Below are positions 54,854 to 64,000 of a DNA stretch of 64,000 nucleotides, piece by piece. The notes below the pieces were generated by a model, which had not been told where the DNA came from, did no database searches, and saw only the letters and a program-made list of their open reading frames with translations. Source of the stretch: Uliginosibacterium gangwonense (GTDB taxonomy: Bacteria; Pseudomonadota; Gammaproteobacteria; Burkholderiales; Rhodocyclaceae); contig SBBQ01000039.1 of the NCBI GenBank assembly GCA_005239635.1, positions 19,299 through 83,298 on the forward strand. Reading direction: 5' to 3'. Each line of letters starts with the position of its first letter. Positions within the stretch are counted from its first letter, which is position 1. The translations under genes and the position numbers were made by a program.

Positions 54854-54880
54854 TCTACGGCACTTCTCACGAATTCTTGA
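54854..54880 (-). promoter_or_regulatory. Candidate sigma28 promoter of the CZB-MCP gene
   Basis: Minus strand reads TCAAGaattcgtgagaagtGCCGTAGA. It lies 52 nt upstream of ATG 54802. Confidence 0.5.
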
Positions 54881-54980
54881 ATCTCTTTAGTCCCAATTGG
54901 CAAACACGTGCCCGCTTGGCAAAGTAGGCCCAACCCTGGCCATCACAGCCTTTTGGCAGACAATGACAAGGCTTTGCCTG

Positions 54981-55253
54981 TCAACCTATCAGTCCCGGAA
55001 TGCTCTCAAATAGACGGCGAATATAGTCGGTCAGTAACGTGAGCATCCATGGGCCTGCCAATACGAGTACGCCAAAAATCACCACCAACTTCGGTACGAA
55101 GGTGAGTGTCATTTCATTGATTTGGGTCGCAGCCTGAAAAATGCTGACAATCAAACCCGTCACAAGTGCAGCGATAAACATCGGGGCCGAAACCAGCAAC
55201 ATCACTTCAACGGCTGAACGGCCGATTTCAACAACGGTAGCGGGGGTCATCAC
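54981..55253 (-). CDS. fliQ: Flagellar export gate protein FliQ
   Basis: 90 aa: VMLLVSAPMFIAALVTGLIVSIFQAATQINEMTLTFVPKL. Confidence 0.94.
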   Translation of the reverse strand: MMTPATVVEIGRSAVEVMLLVSAPMFIAALVTGLIVSIFQAATQINEMTLTFVPKLVVIFGVLVLAGPWMLTLLTDYIRRLFESIPGLIG

Positions 55254-55262
55254 ATTCTCCGT

Positions 55263-56015
55263 TTAACCAAAACTGGCGACCAAGGTGCCGACCAGTAAAT
55301 TCCAACCATCGACCAACACAAACAGCATGATCTTGAAAGGTAACGAAACAATCACCGGCGACATCATCATCATGCCCATCGACATCAGCACCGAGGCCAC
55401 CACCATGTCGATAATGAGGAAGGGAATGAAAATAACGAAGCTGATCTGAAAAGCGGTTTTTAGCTCCGAGGTTACAAATGCGGGAATGACCACGCGCATC
55501 GGTAACTCTTCTGCTTTATTGACCTTGGGTGTGTGCGTAATACGCGAAAACAATTCCAAGTCGGGTTGGCGGGCTTGCTTGAGCATGAAGCCTTTGAGTG
55601 GAACGGTTGCACGATCCAGTGCCACATCGAAGTTAATTTCGTTCTTCGATAGCGGCAAATAGGCCTCTGCGTAAATCTTTTCGCCTACAGGTGACATCAC
55701 TGCAAAAGTGAGAAATAACGCCAAACCAATCAGTACTTGATTGGGGGGGCTTGTCGTCGTACCCAGTGCTTGGCGCAACAAAGACAATACGATGATGATG
55801 CGCGTAAAGCTTGTCATCATGAGCAGCACGGCGGGCAAAAATGACAATGCCGACAAAATCAGCAGTGTTTGAATAGACAGAGAATAGGTTGTGCCACCTG
55901 CGCCTTGCGATGTGGTGAGCGCCGGCAACGCTTGCGCGCTTGCGGCGTTCGCAATCAGCACTGACGCCAAGGCCAAAGAAGCTAAAACAATACTGCGGAG
56001 TTGCATTCGCATCAT
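55263..56015 (-). CDS. fliP: Flagellar export gate protein FliP
   Basis: Signal-like N-terminus. [49 protein letters not shown]. Confidence 0.95.
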   Translation of the reverse strand: MMRMQLRSIVLASLALASVLIANAASAQALPALTTSQGAGGTTYSLSIQTLLILSALSFLPAVLLMMTSFTRIIIVLSLLRQALGTTTSPPNQVLIGLALFLTFAVMSPVGEKIYAEAYLPLSKNEINFDVALDRATVPLKGFMLKQARQPDLELFSRITHTPKVNKAEELPMRVVIPAFVTSELKTAFQISFVIFIPFLIIDMVVASVLMSMGMMMMSPVIVSLPFKIMLFVLVDGWNLLVGTLVASFG

Positions 56016-56533
56016 GATGCATCTCCGTTCGTGCCTTTGTTGGCCTTGTTGCCAACATCTTGGCTGCGACGTTCAATCACATTCTTCAGCCAACCCCCAA
56101 AATCAGGTTGGTTCGCTAGGGGACTGCCCGCGGTTTTTGCATGCTCTTGTTGCTTGGGGAGTGTGTGTAGCGTGCTGATCTGTCCGGGCGCTACACCCAG
56201 TACGAGCCATGTTTCACCCACTTCAACAATCACCACCTTTTCACGTGTGCCAATGCCAATGCCGCCAATGACGCGCATCAGTCCACTAGGCAAGCCCCGT
56301 GCAACACCGATGCGCTTGAGTACATGCAAGGCAGCAAACAGCACAATGATCACAGCAGCGAGGCCGAGCAGCATTTGTACAACGCTGCTGCCCGTACTGG
56401 GCGGATTGGACACATCTGCTGCGTGTGCCCAAACCGGCAAGGCGGCAGCCACTGCGCTAGCGCAGCAAACCAGCGGTGATGTGCGGAAATGTGTTGGGGT
56501 TTTCATGTGACGTAGCATAGTGGCGGGGCGCAC
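56012..56533 (-). CDS. fliO: Flagellar biosynthesis protein FliO
   Basis: 4-nt overlap with fliP. Single TM segment [26 protein letters not shown] followed by the FliO C-domain ([18 protein letters not shown]). The start is uncertain; the alternative is ATG 56506 (MKTPTHF). Confidence 0.8.
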   Translation of the reverse strand: MRPATMLRHMKTPTHFRTSPLVCCASAVAAALPVWAHAADVSNPPSTGSSVVQMLLGLAAVIIVLFAALHVLKRIGVARGLPSGLMRVIGGIGIGTREKVVIVEVGETWLVLGVAPGQISTLHTLPKQQEHAKTAGSPLANQPDFGGWLKNVIERRSQDVGNKANKGTNGDAS

Positions 56534-56640
56534 AATGCTTTAGGGCAATAAGACGGGGAAAAAGGCGGCAATTTCTGCCACTAGAGGGCAGAATGCCCTG
56601 CCAATAGGACTTGCGATTTGCCAATAACCGTGGTGCGGGA

Positions 56641-56673
56641 TAAAAAACGGGCAGGCCCGTGAGGGACTGCCCG
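56641..56673 (-). terminator. Rho-independent terminator after fliN
   Basis: Minus strand reads CGGGCAG-tccctcacgggc-CTGCCCG then TTTTTTa. It is preceded by the palindrome at 56684..56703. Confidence 0.65.
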
Positions 56674-56683
56674 CGTGGTGCAG

Positions 56684-56703
56684 GTGCTGTGCAAGCACAG
56701 CAC
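56684..56703. repeat. Near-perfect 20-bp palindrome GTGCTGTGC-aa-GCACAGCAC just downstream of fliN
   Basis: Read directly; 9-bp arms. Confidence 0.7.
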
Positions 56704-56736
56704 AGGGGGAAGACTGAGTGCCTTGGCCTGAGTACC

Positions 56737-57162
56737 TTACCGATTAATCTTACGCATGCGTTCTGACGGCGTGATGATGTCGGTGAGGCGAATACCAAAC
56801 TTGTCATTCACCACCACCACTTCGCCTTGCGCGATAAGCGTGCCATTCACCAGCACATCCATCGGTTCACCCGCCAGTGCATCCAGCTCAACCACTGAGC
56901 CGTGGCCCAGTTGCAGCAGGTTGCGAATGGAAATGCGGGTGCGACCGAGTTCGACGGAGAGCTGAACAGGAATGTCCAGAATCATGTCGAAGTCGTTCAT
57001 GCCGCCTGCTTTATTGGCGGCTTCACCAAAGCTTTGGAAGATCTGCGCAGGCTGAGCTTCTGCTTGTGCTGCGGCGTCCACCGTGGCCTGTTCGGCCATG
57101 GCGGCGGCCCAATCGTCTTCCGCGCTGGTTGCTTGATCGTTGGTTTCGGCAGCGTCTGTCAT
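56737..57162 (-). CDS. fliN: Flagellar C-ring protein FliN
   Basis: Acidic N-terminus. SpoA domain LDIPVQLSVELGRTRISIRNLLQLGHGSVVELD..VVVNDKFGIRLTDI. Confidence 0.94.
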   Translation of the reverse strand: MTDAAETNDQATSAEDDWAAAMAEQATVDAAAQAEAQPAQIFQSFGEAANKAGGMNDFDMILDIPVQLSVELGRTRISIRNLLQLGHGSVVELDALAGEPMDVLVNGTLIAQGEVVVVNDKFGIRLTDIITPSERMRKINR

Positions 57163-57177
57163 GGCCTTCTGCTCCGT

Positions 57178-58167
57178 TTACTTGGTTTGTAGCGCTTCTT
57201 CGGCGCTCATCAGAAATTTTTCGACACGCAAAGCATATTTGCCATTCTGGATACCGTAACGGCAATCCAAAACAGGAATTCCAGAAATCCGCCCCTCGAC
57301 AGTTTCTTTAATATCCAACGGCAAAATGTCGCCCACTTTAAGGTCGTTAATGTCGCGCAGCGTTGCCATGCCCGTACCCAACTCAGCGACGATTTCAACT
57401 TCGGCTGTTTGTAATTGGGAGGTGAGCGTGGTAATCCAGCGGTTGTCGCTGGAAACGGTGTCGCCTTGCATGGCGCTGTTGAGCAAATCGCGAATCGGCT
57501 CCAGCATGGAGTAGGGCACACACAGGTGCATTTCAGCGGACGCGCCTGAGAACTCGATTTGGAAGGTGGTGGCCACCACAATTTCAGACGGGGTGGCGAT
57601 ATTGGCAAATTGCGAGTTCATTTCCGACCGCACGTATTCATAGTGCAGTGGGTACACCGGTTGCCATGCTTTTTGCAGTTCGGTGAACACCACATCGAGC
57701 ATGCCGTGAATGATGCGCTGCTCGGTCGGCGTAAAGTCGCGACCTTCTACACGGGTATGAAAACGCCCGTCACTTCCAAACAGATTGTCGACAACCAAGA
57801 ACACAAGGTTCGGATCAAACACTACCAGCCCTGTACCGCGCAGGGGTTTGATCTGTACCAGGTTCAAGTTGGTGGGTACCACCAAGTTGCGCACAAACTC
57901 GCTGTACTTTTGTACGCGGATGGGGCCGACGGAAATTTCTGCGTTGCGACGCATGAAGTTGAATAGACCGATGCGCAAATAACGTGCAAACCGTTCGTGA
58001 ATCAACTCCAGCGTGGGCATGCGCCCACGCACGATGCGTTCTTGTGTTGCTAGGTTGTAATTGCGAATACCTTCTGGGTCGTCATTCCCCGCCTCGGGTT
58101 CGTCGACTTCTCCCGTGACGCCCTTGAGCAGAGCATCAACTTCATCTTGTGAGAGAAAATCAGACAT
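57178..58167 (-). CDS. fliM: Flagellar C-ring switch protein FliM
   Basis: N-terminal CheY-P binding peptide SDFLSQDEVDALL. FliM middle domain and a C-terminal SpoA-like domain. Confidence 0.95.
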   Translation of the reverse strand: MSDFLSQDEVDALLKGVTGEVDEPEAGNDDPEGIRNYNLATQERIVRGRMPTLELIHERFARYLRIGLFNFMRRNAEISVGPIRVQKYSEFVRNLVVPTNLNLVQIKPLRGTGLVVFDPNLVFLVVDNLFGSDGRFHTRVEGRDFTPTEQRIIHGMLDVVFTELQKAWQPVYPLHYEYVRSEMNSQFANIATPSEIVVATTFQIEFSGASAEMHLCVPYSMLEPIRDLLNSAMQGDTVSSDNRWITTLTSQLQTAEVEIVAELGTGMATLRDINDLKVGDILPLDIKETVEGRISGIPVLDCRYGIQNGKYALRVEKFLMSAEEALQTK

Positions 58168-58192
58168 GGCGGGGTTCCTAGCCGGTATCAGA

Positions 58193-58750
58193 TTACTGAA
58201 TAATGAATGAGGTAAACAACACGCTTAGCACGGGTTCTTCCGGGTCCCCAGAAACCACCTCGTTAATCGCTTCACGCATGGCACTCGCCAATTCTTCACG
58301 CCCCTCGGGCGGGTTAATCTCTACCGCCTTTTTACTCGACAGCATAAGCAGAATCTTGTGCCGAATTTCTGGCATATATTCTTTCAGCTTATCTGCAGAA
58401 GTCGGGTCTTCAACTTTCAGCGCCACCACAGCTTGCAAATATTGCTCAGCGTTGTCTTCTGTGCGCAGATTGACCGTAAAGGCTTCCAGGTTCACGAAAG
58501 CAGGCGGATGTTCTTTGCCATCTTTCGCTTTGCCTTTCTTGCCCTTCTTGTCATGGCTATCACCGCCATCGGCTTCTGCAGCAGCAGCTTCTTCTTCAGC
58601 GGCCTTCTTTTTGGCCATCATGAAGTAGGCTGCGCCCCCACCGCCAAGGACTAATACGGCCACGGCGATCAGGATAATCATCATCTTGCCCTTTTTCTTC
58701 GGGGCTTCGGCAGCGCCTTCGCCTTCGGGGGCAGTTGCGGCTTTGGACAT
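58193..58750 (-). CDS. fliL: Flagellar basal-body-associated protein FliL
   Basis: KKKGKMMIILIAVAVLVLGGGGAAYF TM segment. C-terminal FliL domain (FVNLEAFTVNL..YLQAVVALKV..VLFTSFIIQ). Unusually long Ala/Glu/Lys-rich linker. Confidence 0.88.
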   Translation of the reverse strand: MSKAATAPEGEGAAEAPKKKGKMMIILIAVAVLVLGGGGAAYFMMAKKKAAEEEAAAAEADGGDSHDKKGKKGKAKDGKEHPPAFVNLEAFTVNLRTEDNAEQYLQAVVALKVEDPTSADKLKEYMPEIRHKILLMLSSKKAVEINPPEGREELASAMREAINEVVSGDPEEPVLSVLFTSFIIQ

Positions 58751-58893
58751 GAAACAGCTCCTTATTCATCACGATTCTGCCCTGAGTAGACAGAGCTTCA
58801 TCGTTGGAATAACGGCACGCAATACCCTTTAATTAAGCGCTTTCTACGTCTTTCTCTATTTTTCGTGATTGAGCCATCAAGTTCGAGGCTCAA

Positions 58894-60174
58894 TTAAGCA
58901 AACAAATCGACCATGCCCAATCGTGCGCGGGGCACTACTGCTGTGGGGGCACTGCTCGCTTCTTCAACACGACCAATGTCTTCCGAGTTTGCGTTGCGGC
59001 TACTGCGCGAAGCGGTTTCACCTTGTGAAGCAGACGATTCGTGGCCTACGAACGCTTGGCCTAATTGAATACCGGCATCTGCCATGGTTTCACGCAAGCG
59101 CGGCAAGGCTTGCTCAATTGCATCTCGCACAGCGGTACTGGGCGAAACGAAATAGGCCGTGGTCTGGTCGCCTTGTACGGTAATGGAAACTTCCACGCGG
59201 CCAAGGTGTGGGGGCGTGAGTACTAACTCAGCTTTAGAGAGGTTGTTATTCACCATCCAGCTCAGTTGTGTGCCAACGTCCTCTGCCCATGCTCGCGTTC
59301 CCGGCGGGGTGTGAATCGGCAAATCTGTGTTGGCGCGGGCCGCTGTTTGCGCAGCACTTTGTTGCTGCAGTGCTTGTTGTGCAGCCAGTTGAAGCTGCAA
59401 CTCACTCTGGATCGTGCGTTCACCACTAAGCGTGCTTAAGACAGTTGCTGACTTAACGTCGGCACGTTCGCTCAATGATAGGCCCGCGCTGGCGGACAGA
59501 GGATCTGGCTTGCCTTGTACGGGCTCACCTAAACTTTGCAAGGTATCTTGGAAATGTTTGACAGGTGTTGCCTTGTCATCCTTCATTGCCACATTCGTGG
59601 GGGTTGTTGTCGTGATCGCGGCAGATTTATCTTGCCCAGCTTGCTGCGTTTGCAGCCATTGCATCAACGTTTTGTCATGGCCATCACCAACTTGTTTTCC
59701 GCTTTTGAGCAGATCGAGTCCGTCTGGCAATGCCACATCACTGGCTTTGCCAGTGTCACCCAAATCAGGGCCTACAGTATTTCCTGCGCCGCTAGCGCTG
59801 ACACCGACTTGGGTTTGAGCTATTGCGGCTTGTAATGCTGCCAAAGCTTCGGGGGTGAGCGTAATGGTGGCGCCAGTTTGTTGGGCGGCCTGTGCGGCAA
59901 GTATTGCCGCTTCATCCACCGGTTGGGCGGATTCTGCCGTGTCATCGGCAGAATTTTGTGATTGCGATGAGCTTTTGTCTTGCGCCGTTTGCTGACGCTG
60001 GAGAATGCGCGAGAAGCTGTTTTCGGCCGCGGTGTTATTGGCACATGCGTCGTTGCTGTTGCCTGTGGCGCAAGCGGCGTTGTTGCCTTGTTCGTTGGCA
60101 TTAACGCGGGTGGGCTGTGCAACGGCATTTACCGGGCTAACAGATTTGATGCTGGCGTCAGACATGGTGTGCAT
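58894..60174 (-). CDS. fliK: Hook-length control protein FliK
   Basis: Low-complexity Gln/Ala-rich N-terminus. Conserved C-terminal domain ELVLTPPHLGRVEVSITVQGDQTTAYFVSPSTAVRDAIEQALPRLRETMADAGIQLG. ATG 60165 has better SD spacing than 60174. Confidence 0.88.
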   Translation of the reverse strand: MHTMSDASIKSVSPVNAVAQPTRVNANEQGNNAACATGNSNDACANNTAAENSFSRILQRQQTAQDKSSSQSQNSADDTAESAQPVDEAAILAAQAAQQTGATITLTPEALAALQAAIAQTQVGVSASGAGNTVGPDLGDTGKASDVALPDGLDLLKSGKQVGDGHDKTLMQWLQTQQAGQDKSAAITTTTPTNVAMKDDKATPVKHFQDTLQSLGEPVQGKPDPLSASAGLSLSERADVKSATVLSTLSGERTIQSELQLQLAAQQALQQQSAAQTAARANTDLPIHTPPGTRAWAEDVGTQLSWMVNNNLSKAELVLTPPHLGRVEVSITVQGDQTTAYFVSPSTAVRDAIEQALPRLRETMADAGIQLGQAFVGHESSASQGETASRSSRNANSEDIGRVEEASSAPTAVVPRARLGMVDLFA

Positions 60175-60247
60175 CCTTGTTTACAAACGAGACGTGCTGC
60201 CTAGAAGTCATGGTTTTGAGCTTTATCGCCTTTGCTGTACATGACAT

Positions 60248-60263
60248 CGCAAGTGGCGTGCCA
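60248..60263 (-). promoter_or_regulatory. Candidate sigma54 promoter of fliK
   Basis: Minus strand reads TGGCACgccacTTGCG, a canonical GG-N10-GC element, in the 119-nt fliJ-fliK gap about 75 nt upstream of the fliK start. Confidence 0.5.
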
Positions 60264-60293
60264 GTTTTTGCAAAGTCCGCCTAATATTTGGAA

Positions 60294-60731
60294 TTACGAT
60301 TTGCTGGTGTGTTTGGCTGCGTGCTCGTCGGACTGTTTTTGCTCCCCCTTGTTTTGCTCTTTTAAGATGAGGGCTTGGTGTCGATCAGACAATGTGTCGA
60401 ATGCACGGACCTTATTGCGCTGGTCTAACCAACGTTTTTGGCCTTCACTGGTTTGGTTGCGCGAGACCTCAACCATGCCTTGTTGTTGCGCAATGGCATC
60501 GTCTAGTTTGGCAATAAAGCTTTGGTAGTTTTGCCATTCGCGTGGGGAAATGCCACTTTGCGCGGCGCGCATAAAGCGGCGCTCATATTCGGCACGATAA
60601 TCAATCAAAAGCTGTAGTCGCTTGTGGCCTTCTTGCTCTGTGGCAAGAAGCTGCGCCAGTTGCTTGGCCGCGTCATCCATACGCGATTGCGAGAGATCGA
60701 GCAGACTTTGCAGGTGAAACTTGGGCGGCAT
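60294..60731 (-). CDS. fliJ: Flagellar export chaperone/stalk protein FliJ
   Basis: 145-aa coiled coil (LQSLLDLSQSRMDDAAKQLAQLL..YRAEYERRF). Synteny fliI-fliJ-fliK. Confidence 0.85.
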   Translation of the reverse strand: MPPKFHLQSLLDLSQSRMDDAAKQLAQLLATEQEGHKRLQLLIDYRAEYERRFMRAAQSGISPREWQNYQSFIAKLDDAIAQQQGMVEVSRNQTSEGQKRWLDQRNKVRAFDTLSDRHQALILKEQNKGEQKQSDEHAAKHTSKS

Positions 60732-60813
60732 GATCGTTCGTTATTCTTGAGGCAATTTAATTGGCAAAACGAGTCTTACTTCTGTGCGCCTTCTACATGG
60801 GCTGCAGTGCTGC

Positions 60814-62259
60814 TTACGGCTCGGCATTAAACAGGTGATGTAATTTCACCACCGCGTCTTCATAGCCTTCCCGTTCCAACATGTTCTGCTGCAAAAATGC
60901 TTCTAGCTGCGGGTACATCTGTACGGCCAAATCAAGTTGCGCATCTGAGCCGGGTGCGTAGGCACCCACCGAGATCAAATCGCGTGAACGCTGATAACGT
61001 GCGTACAGCGACTTAAACTGCTTAATCAAATCGAAGTGCGAAGGCTTGATCAAGCTGGTCATGGCCCGTGAAATTGATTGCTCAATATCAATGGCGGGGT
61101 AGTGGCCCGCATCTGCCAACGCACGGGTGAGCACAATGTGACCGTCTAGAATGGCCCGTGCCGAATCGGCAATCGGATCTTGTTGGTCGTCGCCTTCAGC
61201 CAGCACGGTGTAAAACGCGGTAATCGAACCGCCGCCTTCTGGGCCATTGCCCGCACGTTCAACCAACTGCGGTAAGCGCGCGAATACAGACGGGGGATAG
61301 CCGCGGGTCACGGGTGGCTCGCCAATTGCCAATGCAATTTCACGCTGTGCCATGGCGTAGCGTGTGAGCGAATCCATGATCAACAGCACGTGCTTACCTT
61401 GGTCACGAAAATGTTCGGCCACGGTGGTGGCGTATGCGGCACCTTGCAAGCGCATTAAGGGACTTGTGTCGGCTGGTGCTGCAACCACGACAGAGCGAGC
61501 CATGCCCTGTTCGCCCAAAATTTGTTCAATAAATTCTTTAACTTCACGGCCCCGTTCGCCGATCAAACCGACCACCACCACATCGGCCGCGGTGTAGCGC
61601 GCCATCATGCCCAGCAAAACAGACTTACCAACGCCGGAGCCTGCGAATAAACCAACACGCTGACCGCGACCGATGGTGAGCATGCTGTTAATGGCTCTCA
61701 CGCCAACATCTAAGGTGCGGCGAATCGGCTCACGTTGCAGTGGATTGTAGGGACGGCTGTGTAGTGAGCGTTGATGCTTGGTCACGATGGGACCCATGCC
61801 ATCGAGCGGACGACCCGCGCTATCCACAACTCGACCTAACAAGCTGTCACCAACCGGCACATGCTTGGCGCGGTCTGAGGCACGGCGTCGTGGTTCTAAA
61901 CGTTCATGGCAACTTGGGCGTGGGGGTTGCGCTTCGTTCGGCACCACTTGTGCACCAGGCGCCAAACCAATTACGTCATCTGTTGGCATCATGAACAACT
62001 TGTCGCCACTGAAACCGACCACTTCAGCTTCGACAGGATTGATGCCGGGCACGACAACTCTGCAACCTGAGCCGAGCGGCAGTTTCAGGCCGGCTGCTTC
62101 CATTACCAGGCCATTAATGCGCGTCAGTCGTCCCGATAATTGGAAAGGTTGTGCGGATTCAGCCAGTGATTTGCAGTCAGTTAGAAACTGCTTGAGCTGG
62201 CTTGAGTAGGGGTTGGCGCTAGCATTGGGGTTGGCCTCGGCCTTAATTTCTGTGCTCAT
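60814..62259 (-). CDS. fliI: Flagellum-specific ATPase FliI
   Basis: Walker A ([15 protein letters not shown]) and Walker B ([12 protein letters not shown]). ATG 62259 forms an ATGA overlap with the fliH stop; the ORF-track start is at 62277. Confidence 0.95.
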   Translation of the reverse strand: MSTEIKAEANPNASANPYSSQLKQFLTDCKSLAESAQPFQLSGRLTRINGLVMEAAGLKLPLGSGCRVVVPGINPVEAEVVGFSGDKLFMMPTDDVIGLAPGAQVVPNEAQPPRPSCHERLEPRRRASDRAKHVPVGDSLLGRVVDSAGRPLDGMGPIVTKHQRSLHSRPYNPLQREPIRRTLDVGVRAINSMLTIGRGQRVGLFAGSGVGKSVLLGMMARYTAADVVVVGLIGERGREVKEFIEQILGEQGMARSVVVAAPADTSPLMRLQGAAYATTVAEHFRDQGKHVLLIMDSLTRYAMAQREIALAIGEPPVTRGYPPSVFARLPQLVERAGNGPEGGGSITAFYTVLAEGDDQQDPIADSARAILDGHIVLTRALADAGHYPAIDIEQSISRAMTSLIKPSHFDLIKQFKSLYARYQRSRDLISVGAYAPGSDAQLDLAVQMYPQLEAFLQQNMLEREGYEDAVVKLHHLFNAEP

Positions 62260-62915
62260 TCGTGGCGCTCCACCCATTGTGCGTTCTTGGTTAAGGGTTC
62301 CACTACACGGCGCCAGCGTGTTTCAAGCGTGCCATCAATCTGGCTGCCCGAAGCTTCAACACGACAACCACCGCGTGAGAGTGCAGCATCTTCAAAAATG
62401 CGATGACCTGCGTGGCTGAGTTGTTCGCCAATTTGTGTGCGGACTAGCGTTGCATCTTCAGGATTGAGAAACACGCTGGTATGTTGTTGCGGTAGTTGTG
62501 CAATCGCTTCGCGCACCACTTCGGTAACCGCTTGTGGGTTAATCACGAGCGACTGATCAATCACTTGCCGCGCAATTTCAATCCCTAGCTCGGCGACTTC
62601 ACGTGCCACACCATCATTCCAGTCCGACAGCGCTTGTTCTAATTGCTCGAACAGCGTATGCAAACGTGCGGCTTCCATACGCACGCGCGCCGTACCTTCT
62701 TCATATCCGGCGGCATAGCCTTCGCGGTGCGCGTCGTTGTGAATCTGTTCGAGTTCACCGGCTGTGGGCCAGCGCAGACTTGGGTCAGGTTGGTCTGCAT
62801 CGATGGTGGCCGAGTGCGCGCTGCGTGCGGCAGTGAGCGAACTGGTGCTGCCAAGCGAGGGCGGCGTCCAGCGTTCGTAGTCTGTGTTCTTATCAAACAA
62901 CATACTGTTGGCCAT
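62256..62915 (-). CDS. fliH: Flagellar export regulator FliH
   Basis: 219 aa. Coiled-coil/FliH family ([21 protein letters not shown]..). Overlaps the fliI start. Confidence 0.85.
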   Translation of the reverse strand: MANSMLFDKNTDYERWTPPSLGSTSSLTAARSAHSATIDADQPDPSLRWPTAGELEQIHNDAHREGYAAGYEEGTARVRMEAARLHTLFEQLEQALSDWNDGVAREVAELGIEIARQVIDQSLVINPQAVTEVVREAIAQLPQQHTSVFLNPEDATLVRTQIGEQLSHAGHRIFEDAALSRGGCRVEASGSQIDGTLETRWRRVVEPLTKNAQWVERHE

Positions 62916-62960
62916 GGCGACTGGGTTCCGTGTGGTGTTTTAGGTTTGATGGAATACGGA

Positions 62961-63956
62961 TCAAACCATCTGTTCTTCTGAACCCTTGCCGCCCATCATG
63001 ATCTGGCCTTCTTCTGCCAGACGACGTGCGATTTTGAGGATTTCTTTCTGCTCGGTTTCAACTTCGGAAAGTTTGACCGGGCCGCGCGATTCCAAGTCCT
63101 CGCGCAACATTTCTGCAGCACGTTGTGACATGTTCTTGAAGATTTTTTCGCGCAGGGCTTCGGACGCACCCTTGAGTGCCAGCACCAATTGCTCGCCTTG
63201 TACTTCGCGCAGCAGGGTTTGGATGCCGCGGTCGTCGATATCGAGCAGGTTTTCGAATACGAACATCTGATCCATGATGTTCTGGGCCAATTCGGGGTCG
63301 TAATCACGCACCGCGTCGAGCACCACAGTTTCATTTGCGGTGCCAATAAAGCCCAAAATTTCTGCAGCGGCTTTGATGCCGCCCAGATTCGACTTCTTCA
63401 TTTTTTGTGAACCAGACAGCACGCGCGCCATGGCGTCATTCAGTTCTTGCAAGGCGATGGGCTGTACGCCGTCGAGGGTGGCGATGCGCAACATCACGTC
63501 GTTACGCAAACGCTCTGTGAATTGCTTCAGAATTTCTGCGGCGTGATCAAACTCAAGATGAACCAAGATCGTGGTAATAATTTGTGGGTGCTCATTCTTA
63601 ATGAGGTCCGCCACCGTCGGTGCGTCCATCCACTTTAATGATTCAATACCGGCCGTGTCGGAGTCCGACAAAATGCGCGACAACAAATGGCCGGCACGCT
63701 CTTCGCCCAGTGCCTTGGTCAGCATGCCGCGAATCAGTTCTTCATCGGCACCGACCTTGGCACCGTTCGCTGCTTGTGACTCAAGCTCAGTGAGTACAAC
63801 CTCAACACGGTCACGCGGCACACCTTTGATCTGCGCCATGGCTTGGCCAATCTTCTGCACCTCGCGCGGGCCAAGATGCTTGAGCACCTCTGCAGCCTCC
63901 GCTTCGCCGAGTGTGACCAGTAGCAATGCTGCTTTTTCGATGCCGTCATTGTTCAT
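62961..63956 (-). CDS. fliG: Flagellar rotor/switch protein FliG
   Basis: IEKAALLLVTLGEAEAAEVLKHLGPREVQKI..MFVFENLLDIDDRGIQTLLREV..LREDLE.. Confidence 0.95.
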   Translation of the reverse strand: MNNDGIEKAALLLVTLGEAEAAEVLKHLGPREVQKIGQAMAQIKGVPRDRVEVVLTELESQAANGAKVGADEELIRGMLTKALGEERAGHLLSRILSDSDTAGIESLKWMDAPTVADLIKNEHPQIITTILVHLEFDHAAEILKQFTERLRNDVMLRIATLDGVQPIALQELNDAMARVLSGSQKMKKSNLGGIKAAAEILGFIGTANETVVLDAVRDYDPELAQNIMDQMFVFENLLDIDDRGIQTLLREVQGEQLVLALKGASEALREKIFKNMSQRAAEMLREDLESRGPVKLSEVETEQKEILKIARRLAEEGQIMMGGKGSEEQMV

Positions 63957-63958
63957 GT

Positions 63959-64000
63959 TCAGCTCCCTTCAGCGCCGACCCAATCTTTGATCACGCCTGC
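63959..64000 (-). CDS. fliF: MS-ring protein FliF, extreme 3' end only (13 codons plus stop)
   Basis: Minus strand reads ..AGVIKDWVGAEGS-TGA, ending 2 nt before the fliG ATG. The call rests on synteny only. Confidence 0.5.
   Translation of the reverse strand, partial: AGVIKDWVGAEGS

Noticed and set aside
56457-56807. 116-aa minus-strand ORF spanning the fliN-fliO gap.
   Set aside because: It overlaps the fliN 3' end and the fliO 5' end out of frame, runs through the terminator hairpins, and has a Cys/Arg/Pro-rich composition unlike real proteins. It has no RBS.
58790-58840. Sigma28-like -10 GCCGTTAT upstream of fliL (minus strand), and a weak TAAAGCAT-N10-GCCACTAT upstream of fliO.
   Set aside because: The -35 matches and spacing are poor: TTAAT at 20 nt for fliL, and an N10 spacer with 5/8 at -10 for fliO. 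I did not call them as features; they are mentioned only as leads.
1-64000. Search for mobile elements, CRISPR arrays, tRNA/rRNA genes, toxin-antitoxin pairs or defence systems.
   Set aside because: I saw no transposase, integrase or phage-like ORFs, no terminal inverted repeats flanking the inserted genes, no spacer-repeat arrays and no tRNA-like cloverleaf regions. Every sizeable ORF is assignable to motility, chemotaxis or c-di-GMP signalling, apart from three small unknowns and the Nudix remnant.

Overview
The window is almost entirely one flagellar and chemotaxis supercluster: about 62 intact genes, plus one broken Nudix gene at the left edge. I found no tRNA or rRNA genes, CRISPR arrays, transposases, integrases or phage genes. 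The gene content looks betaproteobacterial (FlhDC master regulator, CheD, FlhF/FlhG, two stator sets), but I cannot confirm the taxon without a database search.

Gene order:
- Left edge: Nudix pseudogene, then HDOD-REC-GGDEF and REC-GGDEF*-EAL.
- Plus strand: flhDC; motAB, a membrane MCP, cheY-cheA-cheW, a PAS-MCP, cheR-cheD-cheB; an HsbA/HsbR-like STAS plus REC-PP2C-kinase pair; two MCPs; cheV-cheV-cheY-cheZ-cheA; two small unknown ORFs; flhB; flhA-flhF-flhG-fliA-motCD.
- Minus strand: flgN, flgM and flgA.
- Plus strand: flgBCDEFGHIJ.
- Minus strand: a PAS-GGDEF gene.
- Plus strand: flgKL and a lipoprotein.
- Minus strand, listed in map order left to right (transcription runs the other way): fliR, a CZB-type soluble MCP, then fliQ, fliP, fliO, fliN, fliM, fliL, fliK, fliJ, fliI, fliH, fliG and the fliF 3' end.

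By eye I found eight sites matching one sigma28-type promoter pattern, three canonical sigma54 -24/-12 promoters (flgB, flgK, fliK), five good rho-independent terminators, and several unexplained palindromes and repeats.

I see no clearly novel multi-gene system such as a defence island. The observations most worth follow-up are:
- An FlhG that keeps the FlhF-activating DQAxxLR motif but has lost both Walker-A lysines.
- A zinc-binding (CZB) soluble chemoreceptor cassette, with its own promoter and terminator, inserted between fliQ and fliR.
- A sigma28-driven HsbA/HsbR-like partner switch attached to the che operon, in the same window as flgM.
- A small ORF after cheA2 with an MCP-tip-like LLALN motif, in frame with a DUF3135-like ORF across one TGA.
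- An exact 11-mer (TTTTGCCAATT) and a TGTAGG-N7-CCTACA palindrome that recur only in intergenic DNA.
- Sigma54 promoters coexisting with flhDC.

All calls come from reading the sequence and ORF translations. No database search or computation was run.
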